The notes under the pieces: generated by a model
The model's input: the letters and a program-made list of their open reading frames with translations, nothing else
Databases searched by the model: none
What the model was told of the DNA's origin: nothing
Origin: Acinetobacter phage vB_ApiM_fHyAci03
Length of the DNA: 64,000 nucleotides
Sequence record: NC_049438.1
Reading direction: 5' to 3' (one strand)
Position numbers and translations under genes: made by a program
Shown here: positions 36,556-44,559 of the stretch, piece by piece
Layout: each line of letters opens with the position of its first letter
Numbering within the stretch: position 1 is the stretch's first letter

Positions 36556-36999
36556 TTAGCGAAGTGCCGCCATTCGAGTACCTTTGATGCCATATTTTGC
36601 CGCTTGCTTTTTGACATAGCCTAAATATGCTTTCATGTCGGTAGTATAGAACATTGAACGATTCGCAACAATAAAGTCCCATGGCTCTATGAAATCGTAA
36701 TCGACAATAAACTCTGGTGGTGTATGGAGCATGTCTAATGCAATAGTTTCACCTTTAATTGCAAGTTCAATGAAATATTTCAATGAGTACATTTCCACAT
36801 CAACATCGTCTGCAGTATTTTTGGTGTGGCTGTTGTTTGTGTTCTTATTATAGTGAGACAATGCGTTGCCCATAATGATACTTTTTGCATCAGGGATAAA
36901 GATGCCTTTGATGTCTAAATCGCTTGTTGGCGTAGATGTACCATACAACTTAGATCCAAACACACATTGCATAACTAAACGTTCTTTCATAATATTCAT
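36556..36999 (-). CDS. minimal nucleotidyltransferase (MNT, Pol-beta superfamily) protein (147 aa)
   Basis: FGSKLYGTSTPTSDLDIKG fits hG[GS]x9-13DhD NTase signature. Confidence 0.5.
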   Translation of the reverse strand: MNIMKERLVMQCVFGSKLYGTSTPTSDLDIKGIFIPDAKSIIMGNALSHYNKNTNNSHTKNTADDVDVEMYSLKYFIELAIKGETIALDMLHTPPEFIVDYDFIEPWDFIVANRSMFYTTDMKAYLGYVKKQAAKYGIKGTRMAALR

Positions 37000-37065
37000 C
37001 TCATTGATCAGATAGTGGTATTATAATATCATAATTCATTAAAGTAAACAATTAAATGCACAAAA

Positions 37066-37090
37066 GGAGAACAATGTCCTCCTTTTATTT
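37066..37090 (-). terminator. rho-independent terminator
   Basis: AAAGGAG-aacaatgt-CTCCTTTTATTTT. Confidence 0.5.
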
Positions 37091-37359
37091 TAGATTGATT
37101 CACGTAAATCAGCCATCCAGGCTCCACCGTCATATTCAAGTTCGAATGGCAATGGTGCACTAAAATCCAATTCATTTGTGAAAGTTTTGACAGAAACTTC
37201 AACTGTAGTGCTATCAGGCCAAATGAATTTTGCAACAGGTACTTTGAAAAATGTCTGTGTTTTTATTTCAGCTTTAAACTGAACTCGTTCACCATTTACC
37301 CAATAGTACTTTGTGTGTTTAAGAAGGTTTGAGTTTGACATGTTAGTCCTTAAAGTCAA
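37090..37359 (-). CDS. hypothetical protein (89 aa)
   Basis: ORF track; terminator downstream. Confidence 0.45.
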   Translation of the reverse strand: MTLRTNMSNSNLLKHTKYYWVNGERVQFKAEIKTQTFFKVPVAKFIWPDSTTVEVSVKTFTNELDFSAPLPFELEYDGGAWMADLRESI

Positions 37360-37804
37360 GTTGTTGACATATTTTTGAATGTTTCGCCTTGAGGTAATTG
37401 AATATCAATGAAGACGATTTATATTCATCAGAAGAACGCTTACGAAGCATGTTATTGATATATGATGCGCCTTCAGCCACGCCAAAGACTCCACCGAGCG
37501 CTATAGCAAATATACCAGCAATAGTCATTGCACCTAAAGGAATTGCTACAATATTTACCCAAATGATATTTGTGTACCACTCAGGTCCTGCAATAACAGC
37601 TAAATGAGTTATTGGCTCAGACAAAATGAATACTGATAGGCCAACCAGTCTGCATACAGCAACTATAAACAATGACACTATGCTGAATAATGATAATTTT
37701 ATCAAAAGCGTTCTAACATATCCGCAAAGATTGTCTGGAACACGCCCGTTTGAACTAGACCAGCGCAAGAATCGATAATGCCATGATGATTTGTTAATTT
37801 CCAT
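37343..37804 (-). CDS. membrane protein (153 aa, multiple TM helices)
   Basis: ORF track; hydrophobic segments. Confidence 0.45.
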   Translation of the reverse strand: MEINKSSWHYRFLRWSSSNGRVPDNLCGYVRTLLIKLSLFSIVSLFIVAVCRLVGLSVFILSEPITHLAVIAGPEWYTNIIWVNIVAIPLGAMTIAGIFAIALGGVFGVAEGASYINNMLRKRSSDEYKSSSLIFNYLKAKHSKICQQLDFKD

Positions 37805-37809
37805 AATAA

Positions 37810-38076
37810 TTACCTCAATTGTGAATCTTTATTACCACGACGATTGTAGTAAGATTGATGATTTGTGTCATGTGATGATTGGCATGTTACACAAAATTGT
37901 ACACCTTTAACAAACAAACGGCGCTTTTCTGGAATCTCGTCTCCGCAATCGTCGCAAAACTTGTTTGATTCTCGTTTTGCTTGAAGTTCAAGTTCCAATC
38001 TAGCCCAGTCAACTGCATCGTCAATTGTTGCTTTATTAGTTTCAAAAACCGGATCGTTAGGACCCCAGCCGTTCAT
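37810..38076 (-). CDS. TraR/DksA-family C4 zinc-finger protein (88 aa)
   Basis: CDDCGDEIPEKRR...CVTC spacing typical of TraR/DksA zinc finger. Confidence 0.5.
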   Translation of the reverse strand: MNGWGPNDPVFETNKATIDDAVDWARLELELQAKRESNKFCDDCGDEIPEKRRLFVKGVQFCVTCQSSHDTNHQSYYNRRGNKDSQLR

Positions 38077-38137
38077 TTTAATTTACTCATATTGGTTGAT
38101 ACAGTGCAATTATATACACTGTATCATGTTATGTAAA

Positions 38138-38416
38138 CTACTTTTTAGCTTTAATTTCAATATTTTTCTCCTTTGCGTATTGTCGCCCGATTACATAGCC
38201 AACATGTGTGCAATCTCTTGAGCATTCAGATTTATTCCATCTGTCTTGTATAAACGTGTAAAAACGTTCGGACTCTTGCTTAGAAGGCGTTTTGAATTGA
38301 GAGTAAACTATCAATGCTCCTTCAACAAATTTATCAAAATCTTTATCTTCTTCAGCGGCAAGACACTGTTGGATACTGCATCCAACTAGCATAGCAAAGA
38401 GTAAAACTGTCTTCAT
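38138..38416 (-). CDS. rI: lysis-inhibition antiholin RI
   Basis: 92 aa; signal/SAR N-terminus; DKDFDKFVEG...SERFYTFIQDRWNKSECSRDC...YAKEKNIEIK colinear with T4 RI. Confidence 0.7.
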   Translation of the reverse strand: MKTVLLFAMLVGCSIQQCLAAEEDKDFDKFVEGALIVYSQFKTPSKQESERFYTFIQDRWNKSECSRDCTHVGYVIGRQYAKEKNIEIKAKK

Positions 38417-38712
38417 TGATACTCTCCTCTATGAGGATTTAGCTGTAGACATGTTTCCATGAATCTACTATCAAAATTATCATTGATCCAGCCTAGTTTT
38501 GTTACATTATTGTTATTCACGGTTGACACATATTCATCTCTAATTTCTTTAAGGATTGCACGATTTGGACAAACTGACGATTTGTATACACGATATGAAA
38601 ACGCCAATGAGTCCACTTCATGCTCATACTTTTTAATTTTTATTGCAGGAATGTAATAAATTCCTGCCCCTAATAAAATTAGAGATGATGCTATTAACAC
38701 CATCTTTTTCAT
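38413..38712 (-). CDS. membrane-anchored hypothetical protein (99 aa)
   Basis: N-terminal TM MKKMVLIASSLILLGAGIYYI. Confidence 0.45.
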   Translation of the reverse strand: MKKMVLIASSLILLGAGIYYIPAIKIKKYEHEVDSLAFSYRVYKSSVCPNRAILKEIRDEYVSTVNNNNVTKLGWINDNFDSRFMETCLQLNPHRGEYQ

Positions 38713-39137
38713 TATTCTGTCTCTGGTAAGGCGCCGCCATTTTCAAATTTGTATGTAACATAATCATTAGATGTGTTCCAAACTCTGAAAAATATAGGGC
38801 GTTTGCAATCTAAAAATATATTATCTAGTTGGTCTTTAGAAGAAATATCAACTAGAGCGGGACCTGCAATTGCACCAAGTGTATTAATTCCACAAGTTCT
38901 CATATTGAACATACCATATGGGATAGTAGTTCTAATTCCATTTGATCCTATGAATGAGATACCAAATGAATCGGTTTCTTTATCATAGCTAATCTCAGCG
39001 AAAGGAGGCAAAAGCGGAGTTCTGGACTGGTCAATCCGTGTACCGTATATTGTAAAGATTGATGGTGTCAATTGTTCCCAAGCTGCTGCAAAGGGACTTA
39101 CTAAAAGTAGGCTTAACAACGCAGCTTTTAGTTTCAT
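38712..39137 (-). CDS. secreted hypothetical protein (141 aa)
   Basis: signal peptide MKLKAALLSLLLVSPFAAA. Confidence 0.45.
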   Translation of the reverse strand: MKLKAALLSLLLVSPFAAAWEQLTPSIFTIYGTRIDQSRTPLLPPFAEISYDKETDSFGISFIGSNGIRTTIPYGMFNMRTCGINTLGAIAGPALVDISSKDQLDNIFLDCKRPIFFRVWNTSNDYVTYKFENGGALPETE

Positions 39138-39463
39138 CTATCTAATAGTCCTGTTATATATTTTAGCATTAATTGATTTTTGTAATTTTCGCACATGACT
39201 TTATCTTCAGCATGTTCACATAATGAATCAAGAGATCTAGATTTTCTATTAATTAATGTACCAATAGATGCTCGTCGATCCCGTTCATTTAATCCCATAA
39301 AATACATGCCATCGAGTTGCATTGAAACTATGTCAATACATTCTGCATTAGATGAACATACTAAGCTTGCTGCCTTTGACGTGCGTCTGTCTTCTACTGA
39401 AGCGTTTGTCAAAATAGGTGCAACTAGTGCACCTGTAATAACAATGAGTTTTAATAACTTCAT
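39134..39463 (-). CDS. secreted hypothetical protein (109 aa)
   Basis: signal peptide MKLLKLIVITGALVAPILTNA. Confidence 0.45.
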   Translation of the reverse strand: MKLLKLIVITGALVAPILTNASVEDRRTSKAASLVCSSNAECIDIVSMQLDGMYFMGLNERDRRASIGTLINRKSRSLDSLCEHAEDKVMCENYKNQLMLKYITGLLDR

Positions 39464-39984
39464 TATTCAACCTTTAGAACATTGTTATCCTTAAGATAAT
39501 TTGCTTTCTTAAGTACATTCCGAGAATATAATGCTCCTCTTTGATGTTTCCAACCCGCATTATATGATGCTAATGCTCGATTGATATCCCCGTTATGTAC
39601 CTTTAGCCAAGATTGCATCTCGACTCTAGCCCAGTGGGCTGAAACATTAGGATTTTGAAGCTCCTTTGTAATTTGAGCTCGACTTTTTTGTATGCCATTT
39701 TGGGCCATACGTGATTTTACAGTCGTGACCAAATTTTGATATTGGCCAGCTGCATGTTTGCCTGTTCCGCAGTTGATTCCTGCACTAGTCTCTTGCCAAA
39801 TGATGGCAGCCATAATGTATCCAAAATCAACTCGTGAACCGTTAAACTTTAGTGGTTGAGAGCGGCCGTATTTATAGGCCTTTTGCATGTTTTTGATTTG
39901 AACTTCGCTAAAGTTGTATTTGGCGAAGATCGTGGGCGATACCATTAACGTGATTGAAAGTAATAATAACTTTAAGTATTTCAT
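39463..39984 (-). CDS. SLT-domain lytic transglycosylase with N-terminal signal peptide (endolysin candidate at T4 e position)
   Basis: 173 aa; WQETSAG...AAGQYQ...ASYNAGW lytic transglycosylase motifs; signal peptide. Confidence 0.6.
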   Translation of the reverse strand: MKYLKLLLLSITLMVSPTIFAKYNFSEVQIKNMQKAYKYGRSQPLKFNGSRVDFGYIMAAIIWQETSAGINCGTGKHAAGQYQNLVTTVKSRMAQNGIQKSRAQITKELQNPNVSAHWARVEMQSWLKVHNGDINRALASYNAGWKHQRGALYSRNVLKKANYLKDNNVLKVE

Positions 39985-40102
39985 AGGGGTCTCCTGCTGA
40001 TTTCAGCTTCGTTTCATTTACGCTACGCGCATCCTTCTAATTAGTTGATAAAAATATTTATACCATGATCAACTTTTGACTATTATAACATACAATACAC
40101 AA

Positions 40103-40125
40103 AAAGGACATCAAAAATGTCCTTT
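40103..40125 (-). terminator. bidirectional rho-independent terminator after GIY-YIG gene
   Basis: AAAGGACAT-CAAAA-ATGTCCTTT perfect 9-bp stem flanked by A and T runs. Confidence 0.65.
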
Positions 40126-40227
40126 ATTTTTTGCCCTTTTCTTGCCTTCCATCATCCTAGAATACCAAAACTTATAGAACTCTGGGTCCTTGAGTTTCTC
40201 TTGAAAGACTTTAGATGCTTTGCGATT

Positions 40228-40548
40228 TCATTCTAAAATAAACTCTTTGCTGTTAGTAGCATTGACATAATCAAATCCGCCATGGCCTCCGAGTTTAATA
40301 TTGTACGACTTTTTGTTTAATACCAAATCGGCATTGACTAACTCCTTTTCATGCTCATACATTTCTTCTTGTGAATCGTGAAATTTAAGAATTTGTTTTT
40401 CAAATTTATCTGCACCGTACTTCTTTATGGCATGTTTAAGAGCCGTACCAGAGCCCATATAGCCATCATTTAAATTAGATGTCTTGTGGGCTCCGATATA
40501 AAAATGACCATTAACTTTGTTAGTGATCTTGTATGTGTAATAATACAT
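40228..40548 (-). CDS. stand-alone GIY-YIG nuclease domain protein (106 aa, possibly truncated Seg-like homing endonuclease)
   Basis: YTYKITNKVNGHFYIGAH...YMGSG...N GIY-YIG core; no DNA-binding C-terminal extension. Confidence 0.55.
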   Translation of the reverse strand: MYYYTYKITNKVNGHFYIGAHKTSNLNDGYMGSGTALKHAIKKYGADKFEKQILKFHDSQEEMYEHEKELVNADLVLNKKSYNIKLGGHGGFDYVNATNSKEFILE

Positions 40549-40602
40549 CTTTCCACTTTACAAAATACCACGATAGTAATATTTAATAAAGTAGGAATAT
40601 TG

Positions 40603-40863
40603 TTAGTCACCGTATGTGCCATATTTCAAATACGCTTCATGATTTGCATCGCCTTGATCTCGAATTGCTATAGACAATTGTTCAGCAATGTAATCTTCAT
40701 CTGCCTCGTTTTCTGCTTGACAAGTGATCCAATAATCACTAACACATCCGAGCTCGGTGCCAAGTTCTTTAAGCACTTCAATGACTTCATTTGGATCATT
40801 GTACTCAATCAAATAATTATAATGATCTGTAGATTCAGTTACTAAATGGACGGATACAAACAT
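40603..40863 (-). CDS. hypothetical acidic protein (86 aa)
   Basis: ORF track. Confidence 0.45.
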   Translation of the reverse strand: MFVSVHLVTESTDHYNYLIEYNDPNEVIEVLKELGTELGCVSDYWITCQAENEADEDYIAEQLSIAIRDQGDANHEAYLKYGTYGD

Positions 40864-40866
40864 ACT

Positions 40867-41397
40867 TTACTCCAATGTGATAGATTTAACAGATAGAACG
40901 CGATAATGGCAAATGTCAAAGAAGAACATACCTTGAAACGAACTAACATTTTTATGTAGGTTCAGGATACCATACTGAACTTTCATGTCACGTGTATTCA
41001 GAACTTTTGCGAGATATTGACCATCAGGCAGGTTTAACGCCTTTCTAGACATAAGAGTCTCACATTCAAACACTTTGTCAATTTGCGGTTCAGGAATTTC
41101 AAAATCAATATCAAATGACATTTTTACAGACTTCATGTTCCACCGATAAATGGCTTCATCTGTGACCGCATTAACAAATGCAGGATCAAACAAATTTTTA
41201 TCAATAATTTTGATTGGCACTTCTGAATCATCTTCTAATATTGCGGTGAATTCAATAAGGCTCTTACCTGAGTGTTTGTTATACAATTCAGATATTGTGT
41301 ATGAATCAGAAGGAGCGAATTCTTGTGTTATTTTAGCCATAACAATATGCTCCCGAATAAAAATAATAACGTGCCAAGAATCAATTGTTGCTTGCAC
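40867..41397 (-). CDS. hypothetical protein (176 aa)
   Basis: ORF track. Confidence 0.5.
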   Translation of the reverse strand: MQATIDSWHVIIFIREHIVMAKITQEFAPSDSYTISELYNKHSGKSLIEFTAILEDDSEVPIKIIDKNLFDPAFVNAVTDEAIYRWNMKSVKMSFDIDFEIPEPQIDKVFECETLMSRKALNLPDGQYLAKVLNTRDMKVQYGILNLHKNVSSFQGMFFFDICHYRVLSVKSITLE

Positions 41398-41516
41398 AGG
41401 TTCAAATCTTTTCCACGAGTAACAAATACGCCGTGGACAATAAGGATTATTCCAATGTACATACCTAAAATATATGTGAAAGCATCTATTGACATATTAC
41501 ATACCTTTGAGTGCAC
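41328..41516 (-). CDS. small membrane protein (62 aa, overlaps both neighbours)
   Basis: ORF track; hydrophobic. Confidence 0.3.
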   Translation of the reverse strand: MHSKVCNMSIDAFTYILGMYIGIILIVHGVFVTRGKDLNLCKQQLILGTLLFLFGSILLWLK

Positions 41517-42129
41517 AGAACTCTACAGCTTCTACAAATTCTTTATCATCTTTAATTGACATATTATTTGCAGCGCATACTGGCAATAATTCTTTGAATC
41601 GTGGATCATTACGATACTCAGTACCTTCATAGTTTTCTACTATTTTAGGGTAAACTGTGTTAAATCGATCTTCTGAATTAAAGTTTGCCTCTTCTTCTGC
41701 TGATAACTCTAGGCCTTGTCCGGGCTCGTCAGCACGTGGAATTTTATGTCGCTGTGCTTCTGGTATAACTGAATAGTTTCTTAAAGAATTAGTTGCACAT
41801 TCTCTGACATTTGCCTGGTATTCGGATAGAACAGTCGAGCCATAGTCAGTTGATGTGTCAATATTCGACAGCATACTGTCATAATTCTTACCGCAATAGT
41901 AGATAGCTTTAAATCCATTTGTGCCATAACGTTCAGCTAAGTCATATTCCCAGTCGAATTCTAAATCGAATCCTTGGATATTGCCATCGACTTTAGACAA
42001 GTCAACGTATGCTTTATTTGTTTGATGTGTAGGAAGTGGCACTGTACCAACATCTGATTCTTTAGATAAACTAGGCTCTGAACATCCTACTAATCCGATA
42101 ATTGATGCTACAATGAATAACTTTTTCAT
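41497..42129 (-). CDS. lipoprotein (210 aa)
   Basis: lipobox LVGCSEP after signal peptide. Confidence 0.55.
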   Translation of the reverse strand: MKKLFIVASIIGLVGCSEPSLSKESDVGTVPLPTHQTNKAYVDLSKVDGNIQGFDLEFDWEYDLAERYGTNGFKAIYYCGKNYDSMLSNIDTSTDYGSTVLSEYQANVRECATNSLRNYSVIPEAQRHKIPRADEPGQGLELSAEEEANFNSEDRFNTVYPKIVENYEGTEYRNDPRFKELLPVCAANNMSIKDDKEFVEAVEFCALKGM

Positions 42130-42204
42130 GGTTATCTCTTTTGTGTATTTGATAGTTTAATTATACCAAACTTAATTGTAGATGTAAATAGTTTTGACAA
42201 AAAA

Positions 42205-42228
42205 ATAGGACTCAATTGAGTCCTATTT
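42205..42228 (-). terminator. rho-independent terminator downstream of tRNA-Trp
   Basis: AATAGGACTC-AATT-GAGTCCTATTTT perfect 10-bp stem. Confidence 0.65.
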
Positions 42229-42279
42229 TGCCTGATGGTAAGTTCATCAGGTCTTACAAGCCCTTAAAGGAACTTAATC

Positions 42280-42354
42280 TGGCAGGCCGTCTTCGATTTG
42301 AACGAAGATTAACGGAGTTGGAGTCCGTCGTGGTACCAATTACACTAACGACCT
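42280..42354 (-). tRNA. tRNA-Trp (anticodon CCA)
   Basis: Hand fold: acceptor AGGTCGT/ACGGCCT (one GU), anticodon arm ACGGA-CTCCAAC-TCCGT, T arm CTTCG-TTCAAAT-CGAAG, discriminator G, CCA encoded; 75 nt. Confidence 0.7.
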
Positions 42355-42443
42355 GTGGCGGAAAGCAATGTAGTCGAAACATAACCGAATTAACGGTCCA
42401 CTCGCTTAGCAGGCGGTGCCAATCACCTTATTGGTTTACTTTC

Positions 42444-42719
42444 CTACATTAAACATAATGATGTGACAAGCCATTGATTTTGGCGTCGCATATTATCAGT
42501 GAGGCGGCGAGAACGTTCTTCATCTTCTTTGCGACGTTTTTCCCGCTCAGCCTCTTGTCTTGCAATTCTTTTACGTGTCTCTTCTTCAATTGATCGTTCA
42601 CTATGGCCGCTATATCGTGGAAATCCAGTGCTATACGAAGGTGAATCAAAACCTGTTCCATTACGCATTGCCATTTCATTCATGCGTCTTGAGAAATCAA
42701 CATATTGAGAAACGCTCAT
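42444..42719 (-). CDS. small highly basic Arg/Glu-rich protein (91 aa)
   Basis: ORF track; GGAGG SD 5 nt upstream of ATG; embedded in tRNA cluster. Confidence 0.5.
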   Translation of the reverse strand: MSVSQYVDFSRRMNEMAMRNGTGFDSPSYSTGFPRYSGHSERSIEEETRKRIARQEAEREKRRKEDEERSRRLTDNMRRQNQWLVTSLCLM

Positions 42720-42821
42720 ATTTCCTCCAAGGAATATGGTGGAGTGTGATGGAATTGCACCATCCTAATCCTGCTCTTCAGGCAAGCGCTAATCTATCTC
42801 AGCTAACACTCCAAAAGTAAA

Positions 42822-42898
42822 TGGTCTCCGTAAAATGATTTGAACATTTGACCCTTCGCTCCCAAAGCGAATGCTCTACCAGGCTGAGCTATACGGAG
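42822..42898 (-). tRNA. tRNA-Pro (anticodon UGG)
   Basis: Hand fold: CTCCGTA/TACGGAG acceptor, TAGCTCAGCCTGGTAGAGC D arm, anticodon loop TTTGGGA, T loop TTCAAAT, CCA encoded. Confidence 0.8.
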
Positions 42899-42903
42899 TT
42901 AAA

Positions 42904-42994
42904 TGGCGGAAGGTGAGAGGATCGAACTCTCAAGGCTTTTACACTCGACTGTTTTCAAGACAGTTCCCATCGCCGGCCGTTGGGTTGACCTTCC
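42904..42994 (-). tRNA. tRNA-Ser (anticodon UGA), type II
   Basis: Hand fold: GGAAGGT/ACCTTCC acceptor, anticodon arm ACTGT-CTTGAAA-ACAGT, long variable arm, T loop TTCGATC, CCA encoded; 91 nt. Confidence 0.75.
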
Positions 42995-43183
42995 AGTATT
43001 TCAACGTCGCACTTAAGGTAGCGTATCACCCTTTTAAACATTGACGACCTAAGAACGTTTACACCGACAAGGCGACTTAGGGCCCTTTACGTCAATTTGG
43101 CTCCCCATCTGGGTAACGATCCCAGCTAACCACGGATTAACAGTCCGGCCCATGCACCATGCTCGGGTTCTGAGGAATAAAGT

Positions 43184-43268
43184 TGGAACCGCAAGGAGGA
43201 ATCGAACCTCTCACTTCCTTCCCACTTTTTAAGTATCTGCTTAGAAGGCAGATGTGGGGACATGCGGC
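43184..43268 (-). tRNA. aberrant tRNA-like element with UCU (Arg) anticodon hairpin, no recognisable D arm
   Basis: Intact T arm (GGTTCGATTCC), acceptor 3' strand + CCA, anticodon stem-loop TCTGC-CTTCTAA-GCAGA, but only ~10 nt between acceptor and anticodon stem; 85 nt. Confidence 0.35.
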
Positions 43269-43282
43269 TTAAATTCTTAAAG

Positions 43283-43353
43283 TTCTGGCACGAGGAATCG
43301 AACCTCGGTGACTGGAGTACAAAACCAGCATAATACCACTATATGATGCCAGA
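43283..43353 (-). tRNA. tRNA-Thr (anticodon UGU), CCA not encoded
   Basis: Hand fold: perfect 7-bp acceptor TCTGGCA/TGCCAGA, anticodon loop TTTGTAC, T arm CGAGG-TTCGATT-CCTCG. Confidence 0.7.
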
Positions 43354-43666
43354 ACTTTAAAAACTTGATAATGTTATTTATATAACCATAAAGGCACCGT
43401 CATGACCACTCATCAAGAACACAGTGAGTTAAAACTTTTTGTGATGAGATTAATAAGGTTTGATCGAAAACATTTGAACTCTGCTAAATAAAAACTTTGA
43501 TCTTTAAGATTTTAGCTTTGAACTTTAGCCTTGGGATAATGTACAGGATTCGCGCTCGGAAACCTATATCATTATCAAAGTTCTATAACCTTAGAAGTTA
43601 GCCGGATTTAGGAATACCGGCTCGAACCCTCTACAGTTTTTGATCATGACGATTAAAATTTACCTA

Positions 43667-44233
43667 TCAGTCGATAACGATTGTAGGATTTGTTTCAGTT
43701 AAAATTGCATCGAATTCAAGATCGAAGAAATCAATTGTAGATTTGAGCTCATCAATTTGTTCTTGAATTTCCATAATTGTAGGTTTTTCTCGTTTTTCCA
43801 TTAATTGCTTGAGCTCATCATCATGTGCGGCTTTAGACAATTTAACTTCATAATCACGTTCGATGTTAGCAAATGTAGCACGAGCACTAGCTAGCTCTTT
43901 AACTAAACGTGTATACAAAGCTTTAAGTCGAGGTAAAATATGTGTACGATACGTTAATGCATCGTTGATAGACATTTGTTCTTTGCCTACGGTTACCATC
44001 GTTTCAAAATTTGCTTTATTGACCTTTTTGCGAAGATCGAATTCTGCATCAAGTTTGTCTTTAATCGATTGAATGTTTTTGCGAGATTTGTCAACAAATT
44101 CAGCAGTTTTGATTCCAGTGCTAATCTCTACACCATTACGGAATACACCACAGAATGTCATTTCACGAAGATTTTCGTCGAAAGACACTTTGTTGCGTTT
44201 AAGTGTTACTAATGCACGAGCGATGGTAGTCAT
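43667..44233 (-). CDS. hypothetical coiled-coil protein (188 aa)
   Basis: ORF track; between tRNA sub-clusters. Confidence 0.55.
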   Translation of the reverse strand: MTTIARALVTLKRNKVSFDENLREMTFCGVFRNGVEISTGIKTAEFVDKSRKNIQSIKDKLDAEFDLRKKVNKANFETMVTVGKEQMSINDALTYRTHILPRLKALYTRLVKELASARATFANIERDYEVKLSKAAHDDELKQLMEKREKPTIMEIQEQIDELKSTIDFFDLEFDAILTETNPTIVID

Positions 44234-44309
44234 TCAAATTTCCTCTAATCAAAATAATCTTTAATTTATGTAGTTAATTATATAACATAAATCATTAAAA
44301 AGCTTTGCT

Positions 44310-44546
44310 TTACGAATAAGTTTGTGTTGGTTCATAAAATAAACGTTCTTTCAACATTCTATCGAGCTTTGCAATTGCGGCAGATCGATTAAGGTACTGT
44401 GAACGTTTATTTGCACTTTCAGCAATTAAACCAGTCGGTAAATGAGTAACACGTACTGCATTAAAGGGGCGATTGACCCATCGACGTGCACCACTTGTTC
44501 TATACTCATCAATTCTCAATTCACTGGGTTTGAATGAATAATCCAT
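44310..44546 (-). CDS. release-factor catalytic-domain (RF/ArfB-like) mini-protein lacking GGQ
   Basis: 78 aa; SGARRWVNRPFNAVRVTHLPTGLIAESANKRSQYLNRSAAIAKL aligns to class-I RF GGQ domain ([35 protein letters not shown]) with GGQ replaced by RRW. Confidence 0.55.
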   Translation of the reverse strand: MDYSFKPSELRIDEYRTSGARRWVNRPFNAVRVTHLPTGLIAESANKRSQYLNRSAAIAKLDRMLKERLFYEPTQTYS

Positions 44547-44559
44547 ATCAATATTCTCA

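Noticed and set aside
42216-42452. Plus-strand 78-aa ORF and apparent 'structured RNA' downstream of the lipoprotein gene
   Set aside because: Hand folding shows the minus strand here encodes a canonical tRNA-Trp (42280-42354) preceded by a terminator. The plus-strand ORF is an artefact of the GC-rich tRNA sequence.
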